Notes: generated by a model from the sequence alone, not told the origin. Shown: positions 8,137-16,647, counted from the first letter of the stretch. The stretch is DNA of 56,120 nucleotides from a virus (IMGVR_UViG_3300036759_000011:1-56120); one strand, 5' to 3'. Made by a program: numbers and translations.

Positions 8137-8463
8137 ATGGCTGGTTTGGATCCCAACGAGGTTAAGCGTCTTTACGCTAACCGTCGTCAGAAGGGCCTTT
8201 ACACGCAGCTTCTCTCTGAGCTTATCGGCTCTGGTGAGAATGGTGCTAACGTGAAGGAGAATTGGCCCCAGCTTGCGGAGAAGCCTGCTTCTACGCTTAA
8301 GCAGGGTTTCGAGAATGCTAAGCAGAAGAAGGACGCTCCCGAGGGTTCGGAGAACATCGATGTTATCGTGGATGGTGAGAATGTGTTTCTCATCAACACG
8401 GCAACGTTCGGTGAGGATGGTTCGGAGACTGAGGCTGAGCCTGAGGCTGCTGTCGCCCCGTAA
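8137..8463 (+). CDS. Hypothetical protein, paralog of 574..882, acidic C-tail
   Basis: AAGGAAG SD; shared motifs with the 574 ORF. Confidence 0.85.
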   Translation: MAGLDPNEVKRLYANRRQKGLYTQLLSELIGSGENGANVKENWPQLAEKPASTLKQGFENAKQKKDAPEGSENIDVIVDGENVFLINTATFGEDGSETEAEPEAAVAP

Positions 8464-8466
8464 CAG

Positions 8467-8613
8467 TTGCTTCCTATCGTCGGTTAGGGGCACCCATACC
8501 AAGATAGGAAATGCAAGTAAGCTGAGGGAGTTAGTTCCGGCGAGCTAACTCCCAAGGCTTATTAGACTGGATAAGATCCTATGCGGTGGGATAACTGTCC
8601 AGTCTAATAAGTC
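8467..8613 (+). other. Three tandem intergenic hairpins
   Basis: Stems at 8467-8516, 8526-8553 and 8556-8613; the last abuts an AGGAGG SD. Confidence 0.65.
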
Positions 8614-8622
8614 TAGGAGGAA

Positions 8623-8835
8623 ATGATGTACAAGACAATTGATGAGTTTGTCAATCACGAGATTGTTGTGTGGGGATGGGAAACTGTAGAGTCCCTGTTC
8701 AATCGCGGCTATCGAGTGATCGCCACAAACCACGGGTTTCGATGGATTCTGCCCTTGACACGGGCTCCCGGATGTGGTATGCTTTCCGGACCGAAGTACT
8801 CCCGTTCTTCGGTTTCCGTAGGAATCAGGGGTTAG
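8623..8835 (+). CDS. Hypothetical protein
   Basis: AGGAGG SD. Confidence 0.65.
   Translation: MMYKTIDEFVNHEIVVWGWETVESLFNRGYRVIATNHGFRWILPLTRAPGCGMLSGPKYSRSSVSVGIRG
8755..8783 (+). promoter_or_regulatory. Sigma70/SigA-type promoter (intragenic)
   Basis: TTGACA-17bp-TATGCT with TG. Confidence 0.8.
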
Positions 8836-8850
8836 CCAGGTTTCGAGGCA

Positions 8851-9255
8851 ATGAGCGCCAACCGCAAAAGTGGCGCTCCCCCTGATTCCACGGTATTATG
8901 TTTTAATTGCGGCAAATGGGTAGATGAATTAAATCCCATAAGTGGCTGGTGCTTAGATTGCACCGGCATCGAGTACGATGCGTTAGAGCGATTCTTAGCT
9001 ACTAATGCGGACTCATTAGAATTCCTAATTGTTCAAGGTCACACACTTTGGCAAGCAATCAACGTATTGAGGGGGCCGCAACTGCGGCCAACTTGCGTTG
9101 TATGTGGAGAAATAATACTCCGCGCACGCAAGAATGCAATATTCTGTAGGAGATATACAGAATGCAGAAAGCAGAGTCGCCGCTACGTCTATCTGTACAG
9201 GGAACTGAAGATGACGAAAGCGGAAGCCTTAGCAAAGGTACTCTCGGACTTATAA
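8851..9255 (+). CDS. Double Zn-finger protein, putative DNA-binding
   Basis: CFNC..CLDC and CVVC..FCRRYTEC. Confidence 0.7.
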   Translation: MSANRKSGAPPDSTVLCFNCGKWVDELNPISGWCLDCTGIEYDALERFLATNADSLEFLIVQGHTLWQAINVLRGPQLRPTCVVCGEIILRARKNAIFCRRYTECRKQSRRYVYLYRELKMTKAEALAKVLSDL

Positions 9256-9725
9256 CTAGGCCAGAGTACCGAACACTTACGGTTGCCATTAGCGGCACCC
9301 GCAAGGGAATGACCCCAGCACAGGAGGTACAACTACGGGAGATATTTAAGCGTTTGAATAGGATGTACAGACCTGTTTGGATATTGCACGGAGATTGTTT
9401 AGGCGTGGATGAGCAAGCCCATGAGATTGCTAGAGAACTTGGGATGCTCGTACATATCCATCCGCCCATGAATGGTAGGCTACGTGCCCACTGTAAGGGT
9501 GAGAAGATGGAGCCTGTGCAGATTTATTCCGTGAGGAACAATAACATGGTCAGGAGTTGTCAATACTTGATTGCAATTCCTGGCTCGTTCCAAGAACAGA
9601 TGCGTGGATCAGGAACATGGCAGACATTGAGGTTTGCGAGAAAAGAGCACAAACCCCATTCGATCATCTTTCCTGATGGGAGTAAAACGGGATTCGATTG
9701 GACTAAAATTCTTTATCCAAGTTAA
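9252..9725 (+). CDS. SLOG/DprA-like nucleotide-binding protein (start uncertain)
   Basis: VAISGTR, HGDCLGVD, RNNNMV and SGTWQT motifs. Confidence 0.75.
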   Translation: MTRPEYRTLTVAISGTRKGMTPAQEVQLREIFKRLNRMYRPVWILHGDCLGVDEQAHEIARELGMLVHIHPPMNGRLRAHCKGEKMEPVQIYSVRNNNMVRSCQYLIAIPGSFQEQMRGSGTWQTLRFARKEHKPHSIIFPDGSKTGFDWTKILYPS

Positions 9726-9733
9726 GGAGAGAG

Positions 9734-9913
9734 ATGGAGCTTAAGGATCTATTCAAGCAGATCGAAGCACGTTTGCTTGAGGCAGCTAGTGAACACTATG
9801 ATCCAGAGGATGAGGACTCTAATCCTACTACTGAGGATCAGGCTTCCGCTGCTGGTATCATGGAAGCGCTGGAAATCGTCCAGGCAGAGTTTGGCAAGGC
9901 GATTCTGAGTTAA
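9734..9913 (+). CDS. Small acidic hypothetical protein (not in track)
   Basis: AAGGAGAG SD; MELKDLFKQIEARLL... Confidence 0.7.
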   Translation: MELKDLFKQIEARLLEAASEHYDPEDEDSNPTTEDQASAAGIMEALEIVQAEFGKAILS

Positions 9914-9938
9914 CATGACGGGTGCGGGAAATACCCAC

Positions 9939-9995
9939 TATTTCCATAGTTTGATGTGAGCCGCGGCCGGACTCAGGCTATGCAAGCTGTGGGTA
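9939..9995 (+). other. Intergenic long imperfect hairpin
   Basis: TACCCAC/GTGGGTA enclosing CATAGTTTGA/TCAGGCTATG. Confidence 0.5.
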
Positions 9996-10001
9996 CCGTT
10001 A

Positions 10002-10178
10002 ATGGCTGATCCAATCACACCGGAAGATATTGTTATCATGGATATCTTCGTCTATACTCATGGTGATGAACATGATTGGGAAGCGTGGAAGCGTATCAAA
10101 CTCAGACTTATTGAATTAGCAGGTTTAAATCTTGGAAAGGAGGTGGGACATGGAGAGAAAGGCAATCCTGAAGCCTAA
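10002..10178 (+). CDS. Hypothetical protein (not in track)
   Basis: 58-aa ORF filling the gap before the helicase. Confidence 0.5.
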   Translation: MADPITPEDIVIMDIFVYTHGDEHDWEAWKRIKLRLIELAGLNLGKEVGHGEKGNPEA

Positions 10179-11766
10179 AGGAAGTGGTAAGTTTAAGATG
10201 GCAGACTTCCAACGGGAGGATATTGCCAGATTGCTGGAAAGCGGCAACTGTGCATTGTGGAATGAGATGGGCACTTTCAAAACAACGACAGTGGAATGGC
10301 TGTGGGAACAGAAGCTAAGGCATATCCCCAACCCACGTGTTTTGGTCATCACAACCAAAACGGGTAAGGGTGCGTACATGGAGTCTCTGCCTGAAGTGCT
10401 GCCGGAGTGGGAAGTGTTCTCTGTGTCTAGCACAAAGTTCCAGCTTGTGATTAATGGAACTGCGGCACCGTGGGACGTGATTCTCCCAGATCCACTGTTC
10501 ATGCGTCCGGTTGTGGTAGTCGCACATTATCAGTGTTTTCTCAACAAAGCGTGTCAGCCTCAACAGGTTATGCAGGTTCGCACGGATCCTGACGGGAATC
10601 CCATCTACGTGAACGGGAAGCCCGATAAGCGGCCTGTGATGAACGAGGATGGCACGATTCAGATGAAGATTCCCAAGTGTCATGAGTTGATGAACAAGCA
10701 TTGGGATGCCATCATCGTTGATGAGGCGCACAGGATGAAGAACAAGGATACTCAGTGGACTCGCAATATCAAGAAGCTGAAGGCTGGCTTTAAGGTTGCG
10801 ATGACCGGGACGGGATTCGTTAACAATCCGTCTGAAATTTGGAGTGCTCTGAATTTCCTGTATCCCAAGACCTACTCTAGTTACTGGGCTTTTCGTGAGC
10901 ATTACTGCGAAGAGGATGATGAGGGTGGCTATCGTAAGATCGTGGGTATCAAGCCCCACAGGGAGCAGGAGTTTCGTGCTCTTGTGAGGCAGATTGGTAC
11001 TCGGCGCACGATGGCTGAATGCTTCCCTGATATCGCCGAGCCGATGGAGACTATAGTTCCTGTTCAACTGTCTCCGATCCAGAATAAGATGTATATTAAC
11101 ATCATGGAGGATCTGTACGCGCTAGATCAGAAGGGTGCTCCACTTCATGCGCCTAACGTCGTGTCTGCACTTCAGCGGCTTAGGCAGATTTGTGTGGCTA
11201 CTCCTGATGTGAAGGGTGAGCATGAGGATCCCATCACTGGTAGAAGGATTCAGGAGATTGAGCTTAAGGAGCCTAGCTCTAAGCTTGATGCTTGCATGGA
11301 AGTGATTGAGGGACTTGAGTGGGATGATGAGCGGAAGGATCAGGTTGTTGTGTTCAGTAACTTCCGCGGGCCGCTTGAGCTTATGCGTAAGAGGCTTGAG
11401 AAGGCTAACATTCCATTCCTTCACCTGAAGGCAGATCATACGGAGAAGCAGAGGTATGATCTTTGGCATGAGCGATGGCCAGAAAAGAAGCATCAGGTGT
11501 TCCTTTGCACGCTCGGTGTGGGTAGCGAGTCTATCAATCTCACAAGCGCGCACAGGGCTATCTTCCTGGATCAGTCGTGGAGTCCTGCACAAAACGCACA
11601 GGCCATTGGTCGTGTGTATCGTCCGGGGCAGAAGGGTATGTGTCAGCTTATCTACATCAGGGCACAGAGTACGGTGGATTACCGCGTTCTCGGTAATGTG
11701 AATACCAAACTAGGGTGGTTTGCACAGGTATTCGGAGCAGAGCGTCCGGATGAAGTGGCAGCATAG
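10150..11766 (+). CDS. SNF2-family DNA helicase
   Basis: EMGTFKT, DEAH, MTGT and QAIGRVYRPGQ motifs; AAGGAGGT SD. Confidence 0.92.
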   Translation: MERKAILKPKGSGKFKMADFQREDIARLLESGNCALWNEMGTFKTTTVEWLWEQKLRHIPNPRVLVITTKTGKGAYMESLPEVLPEWEVFSVSSTKFQLVINGTAAPWDVILPDPLFMRPVVVVAHYQCFLNKACQPQQVMQVRTDPDGNPIYVNGKPDKRPVMNEDGTIQMKIPKCHELMNKHWDAIIVDEAHRMKNKDTQWTRNIKKLKAGFKVAMTGTGFVNNPSEIWSALNFLYPKTYSSYWAFREHYCEEDDEGGYRKIVGIKPHREQEFRALVRQIGTRRTMAECFPDIAEPMETIVPVQLSPIQNKMYINIMEDLYALDQKGAPLHAPNVVSALQRLRQICVATPDVKGEHEDPITGRRIQEIELKEPSSKLDACMEVIEGLEWDDERKDQVVVFSNFRGPLELMRKRLEKANIPFLHLKADHTEKQRYDLWHERWPEKKHQVFLCTLGVGSESINLTSAHRAIFLDQSWSPAQNAQAIGRVYRPGQKGMCQLIYIRAQSTVDYRVLGNVNTKLGWFAQVFGAERPDEVAA

Positions 11767-11951
11767 TGGCACTCTTTTATCTACGGGCGGTTATGACTGT
11801 GCCCGACAACATAACGGGAGAACAAGTCATCCAACGAATGGAGGAAGTGCTATTCGATGACATGACAATCGACAAGGCAGTTATTCTGAGAATCGAAGAG
11901 CCTCAAGATGCAAGCATGATCGAGTTTACTGATCCTTGGGGCAATGGCTAG
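11766..11951 (+). CDS. Hypothetical protein
   Basis: TAGTG overlap. Confidence 0.6.
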   Translation: MALFYLRAVMTVPDNITGEQVIQRMEEVLFDDMTIDKAVILRIEEPQDASMIEFTDPWGNG

Positions 11952-11966
11952 AACGGGAGAGAGTGT

Positions 11967-12476
11967 ATGGCAAGAAAGCAGTCCGCAATCGTTACGTGTG
12001 ATTGTCCCGGTTGCAAGAACTTCGGAGAAGTAGAAGATCTGAAGTATTCGCCTCCAGAATGGTACAAGATTTTCATTATCAAGCAAGATGGCTTGACTGG
12101 GGGTAGCTACAATAGCTTTGATATCTGTTCCTTGCCTTGCATGGCTGTGTGGGCAGGTGAGCGTGAGATGGCTCTCAATGGTACCGTGATTTCTCCTCTC
12201 CCAGTTACGGTTGGTGAGAATGGCCGCAAGAAGAGTCATCAAGCGGGAGCTAAGAATAAGAGCATGATCCTTAAGGCTATTGAAGAGTCAGATCATCCAC
12301 TCACCACCAGAGAGCTTGTGGAAATTATCGAAATCAAGCAAAGCTCGATTGATAGGCACGTTAGGGTTTTGGCCGATGAAGGGAAGATCGTGATTACTGA
12401 AGGTGTAGGCCAACGGGAGGGCCGCACATACACAGTTCCAACAGGCGTGGTTGTAGATGAAAAGATTGAAGGATAA
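11967..12476 (+). CDS. Zn-finger plus winged-helix DNA-binding protein
   Basis: CDCPGC..CSLPC; PLTTRELVE...SIDRHVRVLADEGKI. Confidence 0.75.
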   Translation: MARKQSAIVTCDCPGCKNFGEVEDLKYSPPEWYKIFIIKQDGLTGGSYNSFDICSLPCMAVWAGEREMALNGTVISPLPVTVGENGRKKSHQAGAKNKSMILKAIEESDHPLTTRELVEIIEIKQSSIDRHVRVLADEGKIVITEGVGQREGRTYTVPTGVVVDEKIEG

Positions 12477-12594
12477 TTTTCACTTCTTCTTGCAAGACGG
12501 AAAGCACATCTACTTGTGCTATCTCGAACCAATGCCAAGATTTCCCACGCTGTACGTTGTGCGTGATACTAAGCTAGGAGTCAAGCAGAATTGA
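12466..12594 (+). CDS. Possible small hypothetical protein
   Basis: 42-aa ORF with TTG start overlapping the upstream gene. Confidence 0.35.
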   Translation: MKDNFHFFLQDGKHIYLCYLEPMPRFPTLYVVRDTKLGVKQN

Positions 12595-12651
12595 AAGCTT
12601 GGGGAGTAGGTGGACAACCTAGTCGTAACGGGCGCTGCTTATTCGACACTG

Positions 12652-12837
12652 ATGAGTGAACCCGTGCTTACTCCCCTTAATCACAAATCGATAGAACGCA
12701 TGTTCGCAAGATACCAGGAACCTAGTAGGAACCTACTAACAAGTGCCGAACGTCACAAGAAATCGCTAAAATCGATAGTCGCGTGGCTAATCAAAGAACT
12801 GCCTATACCGTGGTATAGTCCTCGTCTGACCCCTTGA
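12652..12837 (+). CDS. Possible hypothetical protein
   Basis: ORF overlapping regulatory elements. Confidence 0.3.
   Translation: MSEPVLTPLNHKSIERMFARYQEPSRNLLTSAERHKKSLKSIVAWLIKELPIPWYSPRLTP
12693..12706. promoter_or_regulatory. Near-consensus LexA box
   Basis: AGAAC-GCAT-GTTCG upstream of promoter elements at 12811-12862. Confidence 0.6.
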
Positions 12838-12862
12838 CAACAGACGCCGTTTCTGCTATGCT
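12834..12862 (+). promoter_or_regulatory. Sigma70/SigA-type promoter
   Basis: TTGACA-17bp-TATGCT with TG; a second TGGTATAGT extended -10 at 12811-12819. Confidence 0.85.
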
Positions 12863-12899
12863 AAAGGCACAGTAACTCGGAGAGAGGAAAGGAGGTACT

Positions 12900-13637
12900 T
12901 TGCTCAATACCAAGAGCAAAGAGTTGCTTGTGGAGGCTAGAGAGCATTTGAAGCTAGCCGATACAAGGCAGACTCTAGCAGACAGTTCCAAGTGGGATGC
13001 TGCTAGTCTCATCTGGAAAGCCTACAAGGAAGAAAATGCTACTCAAGTAGAAATCGCTGGTATGGTAGGCGTCTCTCAAAAAACGGTAAGCAACTATGTC
13101 CGTATGGTAGAGATGTATCCCGAGAAAGAAGATAGGCCACCGTTTACGGAGGCTTACTATGCCGTGGCCGGTGGTTCCCCAATGGAGAAAGAGACACAAG
13201 TTCTCAAGAGAGTTGCAGAGAAGAATCCCGAGAAGATCGCAGCTATTGTAGCTAGTCAACCGAGAGTAGCTAAAGCAATCGCGCGTAATCCTGCAACAAA
13301 GGATAGCTTGGAACGTGGCAAAACTGAAGTCATGCTTGAGCAGATGACCAAGGATGCCAAAGTTGAGCGTGAGAATATAAAGAAGCTCTTTGCAGCCAAA
13401 GTCAATGAACCACCGATTGGCGGAAGAACATTCAACTTCTTGGGAGATATGTCCCTTGCAGAAGGAAAGCTCACCAATCTAACAGACCTGATTATTCTTT
13501 CTTGGAAAGATGAGGCTCCTCTAGCTTCAGAGGAAGATCAAGCAATTGCCAAAGAGAGCATGATTCAAGCGTATACCGAATGCTTGAGAAGGTTCCTCGA
13601 AGCAACCAAAGGTGTTCCGGATTTCCAGGAGGCGTAA
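12900..13637 (+). CDS. HTH DNA-binding protein
   Basis: AAAGGAGGT SD, TTG start; ATQVEIAGMVGVSQKTVSNYV HTH. Confidence 0.8.
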   Translation: MLNTKSKELLVEAREHLKLADTRQTLADSSKWDAASLIWKAYKEENATQVEIAGMVGVSQKTVSNYVRMVEMYPEKEDRPPFTEAYYAVAGGSPMEKETQVLKRVAEKNPEKIAAIVASQPRVAKAIARNPATKDSLERGKTEVMLEQMTKDAKVERENIKKLFAAKVNEPPIGGRTFNFLGDMSLAEGKLTNLTDLIILSWKDEAPLASEEDQAIAKESMIQAYTECLRRFLEATKGVPDFQEA

Positions 13638-13639
13638 TC

Positions 13640-14119
13640 ATGGCTCTGACACGGGAAGAGATCATTAGAATCTATGATGCCAGAAAAGCAAAGAGAAAGA
13701 CCTACAGTAAATCGATCATCGAGGTTGCCTTTGCTATCAAGAATCTAGTTGATGGCCCCGATCCGTTTCATGGATCAATCAGAGACATTGCAATAGCTCT
13801 CGATATTCCGTATCAGAGAGTAAGTGCAGCGCTAACCATGACAAGAACTACCTTCTGGATTAATAACGTAGGGTGGAGCTTTCCTTACAGTAAAGGAAAT
13901 TCCGAGAGACTCTGGTTCACAATCGATAGAGACGAGCATGTTCCTGAAGCTCTCCGTAGAATCGATTACAGAGTCAGCCATCTAGTTGGTTGGCTTAAGA
14001 GAGTAGAAGCACAGAATAGACTCTGTGGCAAGTTGAACGAGTCTCCGCTCATGGAGAGGAAGATCACAAGCGCAGCAATGAATATTAAACGGGCCATCGA
14101 GGATCTGGAAATGGCTTAG
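13640..14119 (+). CDS. HTH-containing hypothetical protein
   Basis: AGGAGG SD; SIRDIAIALDIPYQRVSAAL. Confidence 0.7.
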   Translation: MALTREEIIRIYDARKAKRKTYSKSIIEVAFAIKNLVDGPDPFHGSIRDIAIALDIPYQRVSAALTMTRTTFWINNVGWSFPYSKGNSERLWFTIDRDEHVPEALRRIDYRVSHLVGWLKRVEAQNRLCGKLNESPLMERKITSAAMNIKRAIEDLEMA

Positions 14120-14132
14120 CATCAATACAAAG

Positions 14133-14159
14133 GTGGGGAGTGAGCCGCACACTCCCCAC
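14133..14159 (+). terminator. Terminator-like hairpin
   Basis: GTGGGGAGTG/CACTCCCCAC stem after the gene; weak U-tract. Confidence 0.5.
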
Positions 14160-14172
14160 GAACGCTTGTTCG
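14159..14172. promoter_or_regulatory. LexA (SOS/Cheo) box
   Basis: Perfect CGAAC-GCTT-GTTCG about 26 bp upstream of the -35 of the replication-operon promoter. Confidence 0.8.
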
Positions 14173-14197
14173 CCTGAAATAAATTTTTTGGCTAGGG

Positions 14198-14226
14198 TTG
14201 ACTTTTCGGGCCGAATGTGCTAAGGT
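14198..14226 (+). promoter_or_regulatory. Promoter of the recombination/replication operon
   Basis: TTGACT-17bp-TAAGGT with TG and an AT-rich UP element. Confidence 0.75.
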
Positions 14227-14259
14227 AAGGGGTCGATACGGGAGGGGAGAGTCCATAAA

Positions 14260-15516
14260 GTGACTCACCAAATGACAGATAGCAAAAGCCCTGCTATCTG
14301 GCAAGCGCCGCAAATACCAAGCAAGTGGGATATAATCCCAATTCACAACAGCGACAGAGCGTCGTTTAGACGTTGCCGTCGTTATTGGGATTGGAGTAGT
14401 CCCTCAAGACATAACCTCACTGTACGTGCAGACGTACATGGTATCAATCCTAATCTCTGGTTCGGTACTGGCGTGCATTATGCATTGCAGGCGTATTATA
14501 CGCCAGGTCTGCGCCGTGATCCAGTAGAGGCATTTAAAACGTGGTTCCACATACAATGGTACGGTGGAACAGTAACGGAAGATTGGCTTGATCTAGTCTA
14601 CGATCTTAAGCCGCAAATGAAGCCCGACGGGCTTTTCTTTGTTCGTGGGCTAGAAGATATCCTTCCTGATCCAGACCACGATTTTTACGAGAGCCTCAAT
14701 GATCTTGGCATTGGTATGCTTGAAGCATACAAACGTTATGCCAACCAAATGGATGGCTTTGAGGTCCTCGTAGCTGAGCATGATTTCTCAGTCCCTATCT
14801 GGGATTACGAGAATAATTGCATCCTCAAGCGCATGGATACGCGCGTGGATTCTCCCAACGCTGGTAAAGTGTTGGAGGTTCATGCGCGTGGTCGTATGGA
14901 TGCTATCTGGCAGAAGCCTAGTGGCAAGATGGGCATAATGGATCACAAGACTGCCGAGAAGATCGGTGAGGAATACTTCGAGAAGCTAGAAACAGACGAG
15001 CAATGTACATCTTATCTGTGGGCGGCAGAAATTGAGGCCCAATACTACGACCTTCCCCACAAAGGGGAACAAATGGAGGAAGTAATCTATAATGTCCTAC
15101 GCAAAGCCGCCCCACGTCCACCAACTATTGTACGTGGAGGACTATTCTCGGTCAATCGTAACGAAGAATCATGCACTTACGATATGCTCATGGAGTGGAT
15201 CACACAGAACGAAATTGACATTTCATCCCTGTCAGAAAAGCACCAAAACTACATAAGCTGGCTGAGAGATGTAGGAGATGAACAGTTTATTATACGTAAG
15301 CTGGTGCGTCGTAATCGTCATCAACTCCGCAACGCTGGCATACGTTTATATCTTGAGGCGCTCGATATGCTCGGAAATCCTCGTATATACCCTAATCTCT
15401 CTAATAGCTTTAAGTGCCTCGGTTGTGCTTTTCGTGCTCCTTGCCTAGCTAAAGAGTCGGGCGCTGATTGGGAGTTTCTGATAGAAAACAACTATACGGT
15501 CAACAAGGATCGATGA
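14260..15516 (+). CDS. Cas4/RecB-like PD-(D/E)xK exonuclease
   Basis: RCRR near the N-terminus, GRMD, DHKT, QCTSY, C-terminal CxxCxFxxxC. Confidence 0.85.
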   Translation: MTHQMTDSKSPAIWQAPQIPSKWDIIPIHNSDRASFRRCRRYWDWSSPSRHNLTVRADVHGINPNLWFGTGVHYALQAYYTPGLRRDPVEAFKTWFHIQWYGGTVTEDWLDLVYDLKPQMKPDGLFFVRGLEDILPDPDHDFYESLNDLGIGMLEAYKRYANQMDGFEVLVAEHDFSVPIWDYENNCILKRMDTRVDSPNAGKVLEVHARGRMDAIWQKPSGKMGIMDHKTAEKIGEEYFEKLETDEQCTSYLWAAEIEAQYYDLPHKGEQMEEVIYNVLRKAAPRPPTIVRGGLFSVNRNEESCTYDMLMEWITQNEIDISSLSEKHQNYISWLRDVGDEQFIIRKLVRRNRHQLRNAGIRLYLEALDMLGNPRIYPNLSNSFKCLGCAFRAPCLAKESGADWEFLIENNYTVNKDR

Positions 15517-15662
15517 TTCCGCCTATTTGTAATAAGTGTAAGCGATTCGCAGTTCGTGACGAACCTCGCAAATGGTGGATTTGTTCCGGGTGTCTTGCAA
15601 TTATCACAGACGAGAACATCTATTACGCATTCAAGCAGTATTGTGAAGATCCAATCAATTAG
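15513..15662 (+). CDS. Small Zn-ribbon protein
   Basis: CNKC..CSGC; ATGA overlap. Confidence 0.65.
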   Translation: MIPPICNKCKRFAVRDEPRKWWICSGCLAIITDENIYYAFKQYCEDPIN

Positions 15663-15668
15663 AGGATA

Positions 15669-16109
15669 ATGCCTAGTGAAAAAGGTTACAGATCAACCTT
15701 CGATCCGTTAGTAGTTAACACGGCGGATCTGAAAATAGTCCTCGAAAGGTTCATCATAGATTTCAAAGCTAGGCACGATGGCAAGGTCAGAATTCACAAG
15801 AGAGTTTACGGTTCGGTTGGTGGATACGAAGAGAAAGGATGGGAAGATAGACTAGATATATCTTCTCAAGAAGGTTACGTAAGCTGGATATGTAGAGAAA
15901 CGGGAGTGTCACCAAGAAGATTGTGGGGCATTCTGCATCTACAATCAAAGCACACTAGTTTGGATTTGGCAGATCAAATCTTGCAGGGATTGGAAATGAC
16001 ATACGTTTATCATAACGGTGAGGTGCCCGTCATTCCCAATCCCCGCTGGAATCAGGAGAGATGGATCAAGTGGATGAGCACCAGAGGCTTGTGCGATGGG
16101 TCTGACTAA
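15669..16109 (+). CDS. Cro/XRE-like HTH protein
   Basis: ICRETGVSPRRLWGIL...SLDLADQIL. Confidence 0.6.
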   Translation: MPSEKGYRSTFDPLVVNTADLKIVLERFIIDFKARHDGKVRIHKRVYGSVGGYEEKGWEDRLDISSQEGYVSWICRETGVSPRRLWGILHLQSKHTSLDLADQILQGLEMTYVYHNGEVPVIPNPRWNQERWIKWMSTRGLCDGSD

Positions 16110-16521
16110 AGAAGAAATCGATAGACTCCTAGCCAAGAAACGGGAGAAAGAACGTGGGAAAACTCCTCACCAGCATACGGAATATCGTTCGCAACAAAAA
16201 GGCCCACTCCGATGGTACGAACACTCAATGCCGTGTTCTAACCATGCAGGTTACAGAGGTGGAGGGTGTGGTTCACCGACATATTGTAGAGTCGAAGGAG
16301 CGCCGTTGTGTATGATGCATGCGCTTCGGAGACTTAATGAACTAGTATTGGAGATGGATAAAAATGCCCAGGCGCGCATATTCCAAAGGGAGCAACAAAG
16401 CCCGAGCATCTATGAAGAAGCAATACGGCGCCAAGAAGGGGACACAAGTATTCTACGCAACAGCGAACAAACACGGGAAGGGGAAAACACGAGCAGCCAA
16501 AGCCAACTCGGTCTTTTCTAA
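16096..16521 (+). CDS. Zn-finger protein with MGLTKEEIDRLLAKK N-terminus
   Basis: Cys/His cluster; N-terminus identical to the 7352 ORF. Confidence 0.75.
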   Translation: MGLTKEEIDRLLAKKREKERGKTPHQHTEYRSQQKGPLRWYEHSMPCSNHAGYRGGGCGSPTYCRVEGAPLCMMHALRRLNELVLEMDKNAQARIFQREQQSPSIYEEAIRRQEGDTSILRNSEQTREGENTSSQSQLGLF

Positions 16522-16537
16522 GGGAAGAAAACGTTAA
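16364..16537 (+). CDS. Small highly basic phage protein overlapping 16096..16521
   Basis: GGAG SD; MKKQYGAKKGTQVFYATANK matches a recurrent small phage protein pattern (from recall). Confidence 0.7.
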   Translation: MPRRAYSKGSNKARASMKKQYGAKKGTQVFYATANKHGKGKTRAAKANSVFSKGRKR

Positions 16538-16647
16538 GTGATCTATGGAATGTACTAGACCGTCTAACGGATATTTACCCGGCGGCGGTGCTCCTAGTAA
16601 TAGTGCTAATGATAATTATAGCATGGGACATACGACGCCGCAGATAG
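16534..16647 (+). CDS. Possible small membrane protein (no canonical start)
   Basis: Frame encodes ...YPAAVLLVIVLMIIIAWDIRRRR*. Confidence 0.4.
   Translation, partial: LSDLWNVLDRLTDIYPAAVLLVIVLMIIIAWDIRRRR

Noticed and set aside
10315-11592. Long antisense ORFs over the helicase, and similar shadows over structural genes
   Set aside because: No SD or motifs; they are reverse-frame shadows of codon bias.
14260-15516. Cas4-like gene as a sign of CRISPR-Cas
   Set aside because: No repeat-spacer array or other cas genes; solo Cas4-like exonucleases next to Sak4/SSB are standard phage recombination genes.
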